A stretch of DNA of 41,556 nucleotides from Sulfurovum sp. (GTDB lineage Bacteria > Campylobacterota > Campylobacteria > Campylobacterales > Sulfurovaceae): positions 1 through 41,556 of the forward strand of contig NZ_JBFENQ010000001.1 of the NCBI RefSeq assembly GCF_041551015.1. The letters run 5' to 3'. The translations under genes and the position numbers were made by a program. Under the pieces are notes generated by a model. That model did no database searches and was not told the DNA's origin. It saw only the letters and a program-made list of their open reading frames with translations. Positions 1 to 7,726 of this stretch are shown piece by piece (position 1 is the first letter of the stretch; every line of letters begins with the position of its first letter).

Positions 1-2168
1 CCATCATTGGGGGGTATATCATTAGAAATAATAGCTTGAGGTATCTTTTGTAAAACTAAGCCAAGTAATATCCTATTTTGAAACACTCCTCCACTTAAGA
101 TAAGGGGTAAATTATACTGCTTATGAATTGTATAAATTATCTCTATCAACGAATGAAAAAACTTTGATACGGCTATGTTGATATCTTTCTCTAAGAGCAT
201 AGTTTTTATTATAGGGAGTATGTCTATCTTTCCATCCCTGTATCCAAAAGGATAACACCCCTCTACCCTATCATCATACAACTCTTCAAGTAACATGCCA
301 CTCTCTCCTTCATAACTCATCACCTGGCATACACCAAGTAAAGATGCAACAGCATCAAAAATTCTACCGACTGAAGAACTGAATGGAGCATTTAAGCCTT
401 TGTCCCAAGCAACAAAATATCTCTTTAACTCAACAGTAGAAAAAGCTTTTATAGTTGGTATATCAAGACTTAAAGCATCTTCTCCATATATATCAAATAG
501 TAAACTCAACGCTACTCTTTTAGGCTCCTTGATGGCTTTAGCTCCTCCGAGCAGTTTGAAGTACTCTATATGTACTACTCTCTCAAATCCTTCATAATCA
601 CAAACTAAGAATTCACCACCCCAGAGGTTCCCATCATCACCATATCCTGTTCCATCAAATGCTACACCTAATACTTTAGTTGTTATTTTCTTTTCTGCCA
701 TCACTCCTAAGATATGTGCATAGTGATGCTGGACACCTTTTGTATTTTCATAATTAGCTAAAGCATATTTAGTCGATTCATAGTTTGGATGTTTATCATA
801 CATCACCATATCTGGCTTAAAATCATAAATACGTCCTAATGTTTGTATGTTTTTTTCAAAATATCCTACAGAATCAATACTGTTTAAATCACCTATATGT
901 GGAGAGAGTATGACTTCTTTGTCAAAACCTATAGCAATAGTACTTTTTTGGTTTGCTCCAAGAGCTAATATGTTTTTATCTAGTTTAAACGGAAGTTTGA
1001 TGCTAGAAGGTGCATATCCTCTTGCTCGTCTAAGCATGATTTGTCGCTCTTTGACCACCATCACTACAGAATCATCACAGCCGTTGACTATGTCACGGTT
1101 ATAATCTAGTACATAGTCATACACACTTTGTAACTTCTTAAGTGATTCCATACTTGTACAGATAGGCTCATCGGTTATATTTGCAGAAGTAGCTACTAAA
1201 GGTCGATTAAGTTTTTTAAGCAGTAATACATGCAAGGGTGTATACGGTAAAAAGAGTCCTATCCTAGAGATGTTTGGTGCTACATATTTACTATAGGTTC
1301 TCTCTTTAGTATCCAATAATATGATAGGACGTTCTTTAGATGTGAGTAATTCCTCTTCTTGTTCATTCATAACAGCTATTTTTCTTGCTTCTTCAAGATT
1401 AGAAACCATCACTGCATATGGTTTTGACGGTCGTCTTTTACGTTCTCGCATCTTTTTCACAGCATCATCATTGGTCGCATCACATATCAAATGGTAACCA
1501 CCTACACCTTTAATAGCAATGATATTTCCTTTAGAGATAAGTTCTACTGCTTTATCGATAATTTTTGCACTGAAAACATTCTGACCTGTATTGTCAAATA
1601 ATGCTAACTGTGGTCCACAATCCCAACAACCAATTGGCTGTGCATGATAGCGTCTGTCTAACGGATTTGTATATTCTTTCTCACAAGTATTACACATCTC
1701 AAAAAATTTCATAGAAGTATTTTTACGGTCATAGGGCAAGTCATTAATAATAGAATAACGAACACCACAATTTGTACAAGTAATGAACGGATAACCATAA
1801 CGACGGTTGGAAGGGTCAAATAGTTCATCTTGACACTCTTTACAAATAGATACATCTGGAGGTATTCGAACAGTTCTTTTTCCCTCTTTATTTGTTGAAA
1901 TAATTTGAAAATCTTTAAATACTTTAAGGTCTGTAGTTGCTGTATGGATACTATCAATAGAGGCTAATGGAGGTAAATTATTTTTTATCTTTTGTAAAAA
2001 AATTTGTAATATTTTTTCTGTAGTATTAATGATTATTTCTACACCTTTTGTACCATTAGAAACAGTACCCATAAGGCGTAACTCTATAGCATGTTGATAG
2101 ATAAATGGACGGAAACCTACACCTTGCACTGTACCATTAATAATAATCTTATAGGTATTGTGTTGCAT
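1..2168 (-). CDS. hypF: Carbamoyltransferase HypF, [NiFe]-hydrogenase maturation (3' end truncated by window edge)
   Basis: Absent from the ORF track because it runs off the edge. Hand translation from ATG at 2168 gives MQHNTYKIIINGTVQGVGFRPF (acylphosphatase domain), and later CTNCG, IKGVGGYHL and QHHYAH motifs. The C-terminal IPPNDG at base 1 is in the same frame. Confidence 0.95.
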   Translation of the reverse strand, partial: MQHNTYKIIINGTVQGVGFRPFIYQHAIELRLMGTVSNGTKGVEIIINTTEKILQIFLQKIKNNLPPLASIDSIHTATTDLKVFKDFQIISTNKEGKRTVRIPPDVSICKECQDELFDPSNRRYGYPFITCTNCGVRYSIINDLPYDRKNTSMKFFEMCNTCEKEYTNPLDRRYHAQPIGCWDCGPQLALFDNTGQNVFSAKIIDKAVELISKGNIIAIKGVGGYHLICDATNDDAVKKMRERKRRPSKPYAVMVSNLEEARKIAVMNEQEEELLTSKERPIILLDTKERTYSKYVAPNISRIGLFLPYTPLHVLLLKKLNRPLVATSANITDEPICTSMESLKKLQSVYDYVLDYNRDIVNGCDDSVVMVVKERQIMLRRARGYAPSSIKLPFKLDKNILALGANQKSTIAIGFDKEVILSPHIGDLNSIDSVGYFEKNIQTLGRIYDFKPDMVMYDKHPNYESTKYALANYENTKGVQHHYAHILGVMAEKKITTKVLGVAFDGTGYGDDGNLWGGEFLVCDYEGFERVVHIEYFKLLGGAKAIKEPKRVALSLLFDIYGEDALSLDIPTIKAFSTVELKRYFVAWDKGLNAPFSSSVGRIFDAVASLLGVCQVMSYEGESGMLLEELYDDRVEGCYPFGYRDGKIDILPIIKTMLLEKDINIAVSKFFHSLIEIIYTIHKQYNLPLILSGGVFQNRILLGLVLQKIPQAIISNDIPPND

Positions 2169-2232
2169 TCATCTTCTTTATTGCCTTAAAATATTCCACA
2201 GAAAATTATATCATAATCAAAAAAGCCATCTC

Positions 2233-3327
2233 TTACTTTTTCTTTTCATCATCCCATTCAAAAATAAAACACATAGGTAATTTATTTTTCTTATTTAGAT
2301 ATAGACCCATTAGAGATCCAGAAACAAATATAGAAAATATAGCTACTATTGATGCAAAAGCCAATGTAGAAAATCCTGTCAACCCTTGTCCTACAGTACA
2401 ACCTATGGAAAGTACTCCACCGACACCCATTAAGGCACCACCTATCATACTATTTTTTAATTTATTAACTTTAATATTTGATGAACACCCTAAATTGTAC
2501 TTTGGATCAATTCTAGACATACTAAAAGCACCAATAAGTACTCCTAGAATTATACTAATACCAAAATTCAAATTACTTGTCTTGTAGTGAGTTATAAAGT
2601 CTAATGTTTTTGAAATTGGACCAACAAAAGTTATACTTGTAAATGGAACATATCTTGTGTCTAACTCCAAAGTTTCAGCACCATACACACCAGTTAAGTA
2701 CCACCCAAAAGCTATTAATAATCCAACAAGTAATCCATCCTTTAATGATGAAATTCTTTTAAAACTTTTAGTTAAATAAAACCATGCTAAAAATAGAAAA
2801 GAAAGTACTATATATATATTTACTTGTCCATTTACAATATATGAAGACAAGTTTAATAATATTTCATTTGTAGACAAAGTGTAAACAAGATTATTTAAAA
2901 TACCTTTTGTACTAGCATATGCAAATATGGCAATAAAAATCAATGTCACTATGGAGTTTATATCACCTTGTGAAAACTTCACTAAATGACGACTACTGCA
3001 ACCATCTGCTATCATCATACCTATCCCAAATAAACTACCGCCTATTATAATTGTAAAATAATTTATCTCTTCTCTTAACCATACAGTTTCAGTTAGATCT
3101 ATATCATAAAACAAAGTCAACATATGAGTTGCAATTATAGCCGTGATCATAGCAGTTATTACAGATGAACCTCTTTTAGTCGAGGATATTAATATATAAT
3201 CTTTGATAGCACCATTAAAACAAAATTGCGTTTTTTGTGCAATCACACCAAAAGTAATACCCATTAATAAGGCTACTATATTGACTATTTCAAATATTTC
3301 ATAATTTTCTATATTGATTATTCCCAT
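2233..3327 (-). CDS. YeeE/YedE (TsuA-like) sulfur/thiosulfate transporter family membrane protein
   Basis: 364 aa, multi-TM, with QKTQFCF, GMMIADGCSS and GGVLSIGCTVGQG Cys motifs typical of YeeE/YedE. Confidence 0.85.
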   Translation of the reverse strand: MGIINIENYEIFEIVNIVALLMGITFGVIAQKTQFCFNGAIKDYILISSTKRGSSVITAMITAIIATHMLTLFYDIDLTETVWLREEINYFTIIIGGSLFGIGMMIADGCSSRHLVKFSQGDINSIVTLIFIAIFAYASTKGILNNLVYTLSTNEILLNLSSYIVNGQVNIYIVLSFLFLAWFYLTKSFKRISSLKDGLLVGLLIAFGWYLTGVYGAETLELDTRYVPFTSITFVGPISKTLDFITHYKTSNLNFGISIILGVLIGAFSMSRIDPKYNLGCSSNIKVNKLKNSMIGGALMGVGGVLSIGCTVGQGLTGFSTLAFASIVAIFSIFVSGSLMGLYLNKKNKLPMCFIFEWDDEKKK

Positions 3328-3355
3328 ATTAAACCTTCATGCTCTATACTTTATT

Positions 3356-3901
3356 TTATGAAAAAAGTTTTCTTGCCATAAAAAAACCAGTTTTTACAAA
3401 TCCACTGTTATCCAAAAATGTCTTCATATATTCATCAAAAGTTACACCTCTAAATTCAAGATATTCACTTAAATATTTTTCAGATGCCTCAATGCCACCT
3501 TTCTTTTCTTCGTCTAGCAAACGAGCATAAAGTTTTAACATATAATGCTTTGCTCGAGAAGACATTACACTTTTATATGAGAAGTATCTAGCTCCACCTT
3601 GATCATCTCTTGAAAATAAATATGTTCTATTCGCTAACCAATAATAACCACCATCTTTCCCATGATTAAAAACATAAGTAATAGATTCTTCACCCCTATT
3701 TAAAGCATCCCACATCTTTTTAAATATTATTTTGGGCATATCTGGATGTCTAACTATATTATGGTTTTTACTCTTTAACTCATTTTTACTATATCCAGAG
3801 AGATTCTCAAAATCCGTACTAACTGAAATGATTATTCCATTCTGATCTGTACTTGAAGAATAACTAGCATCTTTATCGACTTTTAACTCTTTTGTTAACA
3901 T
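3356..3901 (-). CDS. Standalone Aer/CetB-like PAS domain protein
   Basis: SSTDQNGII...SGYSKNEL...HNIVRHPDMP...YYW matches the Aer-type FAD-binding PAS signature. No output domain. SD aaggag upstream. Confidence 0.85.
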   Translation of the reverse strand: MLTKELKVDKDASYSSSTDQNGIIISVSTDFENLSGYSKNELKSKNHNIVRHPDMPKIIFKKMWDALNRGEESITYVFNHGKDGGYYWLANRTYLFSRDDQGGARYFSYKSVMSSRAKHYMLKLYARLLDEEKKGGIEASEKYLSEYLEFRGVTFDEYMKTFLDNSGFVKTGFFMARKLFS

Positions 3902-3962
3902 AACTACTCCTTTAAATTTATATCTATATAACTTTCATTATCAAAATTATTTACAAACTATC

Positions 3963-5888
3963 TCATAGGTACATTGCCCCATACACTGCATTCTCTTTCC
4001 CTATAGGAAAATTTTTATTCATCAATGGATTTTTTGCACCCAATGTTCTTTGTATGCGCCCATAAAGTGATTGATTGGCAAAAGTTTCGCCTGTTAGGGT
4101 GATGATTTTTGCTTCAGTCTTTTCCATAAGCTGAGGAACAATCTCACCAATATAGTCTCCAAATGACTCATAAATGCTATAACACATAAAGTTATTCTCT
4201 ACATCTCCAAGCTGATAACTCATAATACTTGTTAAAAATGCATAGTTATCAAAACGATTATCTTTAACTCTGGTGTCTATCTGTAAACCACCTTTTCCTA
4301 AAAAGCTTAATGCTTGTGCTGATATACCTTCAAAACTTTCATTTTCAAGACCTAATGCTATAGCTGTGACTTCGAAGATATCCATATCACCTGCAAGATT
4401 ATCTAAACGTTCAAACACTTCAGGATAAGCTTTTTTGTAGTTTACTACTAGTCTGTCTGATCCCTCTCTAAGTGTAGAAATTTTTTCCCAAAGATTGTCA
4501 GACTCAAAAGGTATAGCAGGAACAGCATTGATAACTTCTTTACCGTTGTAGTAGAGAAAATTTAATGTACCATCAAAGTGCACACCTATTGCCTTTTGAC
4601 CTATTTTCCCATGTTCTGCAAGTACAGACATCATAGAAGCTTTCCACGGTAAAAAGCGATGTTCATTACTGTGTCCACTCTCAAAATCTTCACCCTCAAG
4701 TACATACAACGCATCCGTTTGAACCGAATCAAAAACTTCTACTGAGTCTATGATACTGAGATTATCAACCTTTACACAAGCTAAACCATATGCCACAGAA
4801 ACCGAATTTTTACTATTTTCTACTACAGTAGGAAATACTATACGTTCACCAGAAACAAAAAGTTTTTTATCTTGATTAATAAATATCTTTGTGTCTTTTT
4901 GTGCATTAATTGGCATATCAAAATCTACTAAAAAATCTGCTTCTTCATCTGTATTACACTCAATATACGAAATATACTGTAATCCTGTATTCATTATTTC
5001 ACGTGCGAGCAACATAGTCATACCATCGTCTGGGTACTTCACTTGTACAGATGATCCATAAAGCGCTTTAAGTTCATCACTTTTAGTTGCGACACGCAGT
5101 AGTGGTCTCTCTATACTTAAAAGTGCGTTGAATTCTTGTATTACCATCATAAGATGCGTATTAAATCCATTTGAATCTGCCATCAATAAAGTACTTTTTA
5201 CTGGACTATATTCTACTGTCGGCTTAAAAAATTTTCTGTAACCATGTGCTGTTTTCATTAACACACTTTTTCCTTCAGCAATGGCTCTTCCTGAAACTTC
5301 AAAAAGTTTTCTAAAGTCCCCCTTGTTTAATGCCAAATGTTCACTCTCTTTATCAAGCATACGGATTGAAACTCCGCATTCAATACATGAGATAAGAGGA
5401 TAGTCCAAACGCAAAGCATTACTCTTAGCTTCTTCTTGACAGTCAGTACATGGAACAAGAAACTTCATCACTGTATGGGTACGATCATAAGGATACTTGT
5501 CTAGAAATGGATGTTGTGTACCACAGTGGTTACAAGATGTAAAAGGATAATAATAACGACGACTACTTACGTCAAACATCTCTTTCTGACATGTAGGACA
5601 AGGTGCGATGTTAATTGGTAAATTTACTTTAGTAATGGGTAATAATGCTGGTTTTACATCTGAAAAATAATGTTTACCATTACCTAAAAAAAGTGATGCA
5701 GGAAGCACCTCCTCCATTCCATTTAAAAAACTTTCAAGTTGTTCATCATTTTTATCAAAAACCATTACTATTTTGTCATTACTTTGTATAACATCTATTT
5801 TCATTTGTTCTTGTTTAGCATAAGCCAATATAAGATCAGAAAGATAATTTTTATTAGAAAAGAATTCAATTTCAAAAATAAAGTACAT
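3963..5888 (-). CDS. hydE: HydE, HypF-like hydrogenase accessory protein
   Basis: 641 aa with HypF-like zinc fingers (CPTC, RRYYYPFTSCNHCG, YPYDR, CTDC, CIECG), downstream of hydABCD as in Wolinella/Helicobacter. SD aggag at 5894-5898. Confidence 0.8.
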   Translation of the reverse strand: MYFIFEIEFFSNKNYLSDLILAYAKQEQMKIDVIQSNDKIVMVFDKNDEQLESFLNGMEEVLPASLFLGNGKHYFSDVKPALLPITKVNLPINIAPCPTCQKEMFDVSSRRYYYPFTSCNHCGTQHPFLDKYPYDRTHTVMKFLVPCTDCQEEAKSNALRLDYPLISCIECGVSIRMLDKESEHLALNKGDFRKLFEVSGRAIAEGKSVLMKTAHGYRKFFKPTVEYSPVKSTLLMADSNGFNTHLMMVIQEFNALLSIERPLLRVATKSDELKALYGSSVQVKYPDDGMTMLLAREIMNTGLQYISYIECNTDEEADFLVDFDMPINAQKDTKIFINQDKKLFVSGERIVFPTVVENSKNSVSVAYGLACVKVDNLSIIDSVEVFDSVQTDALYVLEGEDFESGHSNEHRFLPWKASMMSVLAEHGKIGQKAIGVHFDGTLNFLYYNGKEVINAVPAIPFESDNLWEKISTLREGSDRLVVNYKKAYPEVFERLDNLAGDMDIFEVTAIALGLENESFEGISAQALSFLGKGGLQIDTRVKDNRFDNYAFLTSIMSYQLGDVENNFMCYSIYESFGDYIGEIVPQLMEKTEAKIITLTGETFANQSLYGRIQRTLGAKNPLMNKNFPIGKENAVYGAMYL

Positions 5889-5902
5889 GTAAACTCCTAA
5901 TG

Positions 5903-6037
5903 ATTATTTACTACACAACCAGACACAAAGGAACGAGATAAACATAGCAATCGGAGGTAGCATGTTTTCTTTAAATCAATTTTCAGTGTTATACTATTCA
6001 ACGATATAATTGATTGTCTGGCTGTGTACTAAACAAT
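5903..6037 (-). ncRNA. Putative structured RNA unit 1 (23-bp stem, 89-nt insert)
   Basis: Arms 5903-5925 and 6015-6037. On the minus strand: two G-U wobbles and one G-G mismatch. Confidence 0.55.
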
Positions 6038-6070
6038 AATATTTTATACTTTCATAAATAATACATAATG

Positions 6071-6207
6071 ATTATTTACTACACAACCAGATAAAAAAGG
6101 AAAAGAGTCATACAAATAAAAGGTTCTACAGGACTCTACTTTGGGACAAGGTAAATGATAAAATAACTTATAATTTTCCTATCCTATCTGGCTGTGTACT
6201 AAACAAT
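6071..6207 (-). ncRNA. Putative structured RNA unit 2 (23-bp core stem extendable to ~34 bp, 91-nt insert)
   Basis: Arms 6071-6093 and 6185-6207, with a compensatory agaca/tgtct to agata/tatct change versus unit 1. Stem extends as 6094-6104 with 6174-6184 via minus-strand G-U pairs. Confidence 0.55.
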
Positions 6208-6236
6208 GTTACTTTAAATAAATGTCAACTATAATA

Positions 6237-6362
6237 TATGTACTACTCAACTGGTTCAGCATGAGCAAGAGTTTAGTATAAATTAAGGTGGACCAAGTAA
6301 ACATATTTATCTATGTGAAGATGGACAAACATATGTTTTCTTACCCAGCTGAGTACTACATA
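6237..6362 (-). ncRNA. Putative structured RNA unit 3 (18-bp stem, 90-nt insert)
   Basis: Arms tatgtactactcaactgg (6237-6254) and ccagctgagtactacata (6345-6362). Several compensatory substitutions versus units 1-2, with the same G-G mismatch and core G-U wobble. Confidence 0.5.
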
Positions 6363-6365
6363 ATT

Positions 6366-6941
6366 TTATGCTAACATTGACATGTCATTATAATCTCCAA
6401 TTTTTGGATTAGCATAAGCATCTACGATACTCTCAAACGAAACTACATCACCAATATTTTTTTTCAATGTAATGCCGGAGTTTTCCAACTCTTTCAATGT
6501 AGCATCTACAAGTTTCGGCATATGCTTTAGCACTGATGGTGTAAGTCCATTACATACATCTATAATATCTTCTGGTACCATTGTTATCAGTTGTACTTCT
6601 CCCATATCTTCATGAAAAGAACAGATCTCAAGCATCATAGTTATTTCTACTTCGTTCGCAGTTTGACGTATTGTAGAGCCATGACGTATCACTTCTTCAC
6701 TAGACTCAGAAGATATAGTCCCTACTGGACCATCTTTTGAGCCTGTACCAACAACGATAACCTTGTCATATTCTTGATAGTAAGTCATAAGCGTAAAACC
6801 TAATGTCCCACCTTCAACGATCGTCAAACACTCTGGTATTTCATAATTTTCTTCTATGTACTTCACTAAGTAAGCCCCAAGACCTTCATCATGAAACATA
6901 ATATTACCTATACCGATAAGTGCTACTTTTTCATATGCCAA
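6366..6941 (-). CDS. hydD: Hydrogenase maturation endopeptidase HydD (HyaD/HybD family), atypical metal ligands
   Basis: GIGNIMFHDEGLG and EGGT motifs; directly after hydC; TTG start with aagga SD. Confidence 0.9.
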   Translation of the reverse strand: MAYEKVALIGIGNIMFHDEGLGAYLVKYIEENYEIPECLTIVEGGTLGFTLMTYYQEYDKVIVVGTGSKDGPVGTISSESSEEVIRHGSTIRQTANEVEITMMLEICSFHEDMGEVQLITMVPEDIIDVCNGLTPSVLKHMPKLVDATLKELENSGITLKKNIGDVVSFESIVDAYANPKIGDYNDMSMLA

Positions 6942-6966
6942 TTTTTATCCTTTAAACAAAGAAGTA

Positions 6967-7716
6967 CTATGCTTCTTTGTCACCTTCTTTTATTTTTACA
7001 TATTTACCACCGCCTACAACAATATTAATATCACCTTCTTTCCAGAAGATGCTACGCCATACTTGATAATAAATATGAAAGACTACCCAAGCAATTATCC
7101 ACCACATCGTATAATGGTGTGAAATACGCACATCCATAATAGAAGCTGTAGGTCCAGCACCAATTAGCCAACCACTTACAGGAATCGTCCAGTCTGTTAT
7201 AAAGTGTAACATCCATGGCCACCATTCACCAATTGAACTAAGGCCAGAAGCTAAACCATGTACATATAGCTGAAGTCCAGTCAAAAGCATCCACACTAAT
7301 AAGAGATGGAATATCGTGAAATAAACTGCATTAAAGCTATCAAGATAACTTGAATCAAACTTTTTACGTTTATTAAGCGTTACAAGATTTAAAAATACTT
7401 CAAAGAATTGTTTTATATTACTTTGATTTGGAATATCTTTTTTATATGGTTTCACCTTTAGGAAACGCGTTGCAAAAGCAAGATAAAAAATAACAATCGA
7501 TGTAACATCAAAGATAATCGCAACAATAAAGTGCCCCCAACGATTCCATGCCATAACATATTTGTCTACCGCAGGGTCAGCAATAAAGGTTTGATAATAA
7601 GGATGAGCGATATAAAGCCCCGTTATCACAGCAACAATCATCGAAATGACATTGGTCCAGTGGATGATACGCGCTGTAGCATTCATCCGTTCAATTTTTT
7701 TATATCCGGGTTTCAT
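6967..7716 (-). CDS. hydC: Ni/Fe-hydrogenase cytochrome b subunit
   Basis: RIIHWTN, RWGH, SHHYTMWW and FHIY heme-ligand motifs. Start moved to ATG 7716 behind SD aaggagg (ORF-track start overlaps hydB). Confidence 0.92.
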   Translation of the reverse strand: MKPGYKKIERMNATARIIHWTNVISMIVAVITGLYIAHPYYQTFIADPAVDKYVMAWNRWGHFIVAIIFDVTSIVIFYLAFATRFLKVKPYKKDIPNQSNIKQFFEVFLNLVTLNKRKKFDSSYLDSFNAVYFTIFHLLLVWMLLTGLQLYVHGLASGLSSIGEWWPWMLHFITDWTIPVSGWLIGAGPTASIMDVRISHHYTMWWIIAWVVFHIYYQVWRSIFWKEGDINIVVGGGKYVKIKEGDKEA

Positions 7717-7726
7717 CACAACCTCC

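Larger units (their letters stand above)
5898..6362 (-). repeat. Tandem array of three inverted-repeat-bounded units (constant stem, variable ~90-nt insert)
   Basis: Exact direct repeats taatgattatttactacacaaccaga (5898-5923, 6066-6091) and tctggctgtgtactaaacaat (6017-6037, 6187-6207); left and right repeats are near reverse complements. A diverged third unit has arms at 6237-6254 and 6345-6362. Confidence 0.95.

Noticed and set aside
1-2168. Possible hypF pseudogene (missing from ORF track; short 1709-1957 ORF)
   Set aside because: Start at 2168 and the C-terminal PPNDG motif are in the same frame; the gene simply lacks its stop within the window. The short ORF is an off-frame shadow.
5898-6362. 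CRISPR array interpretation of the repeats
   Set aside because: Repeats alternate in orientation, inserts are ~90 nt, there are only three units, and no cas gene is in the window.
5898-6362. Integron attC cassettes, retron ncRNA or MITE interpretation
   Set aside because: No RYYYAAC/GTTRRRY ends or cassette ORFs between units; no integrase, RT or transposase nearby; no target-site duplications; interiors unrelated to each other. A MITE origin cannot be fully excluded without a genome-wide search.
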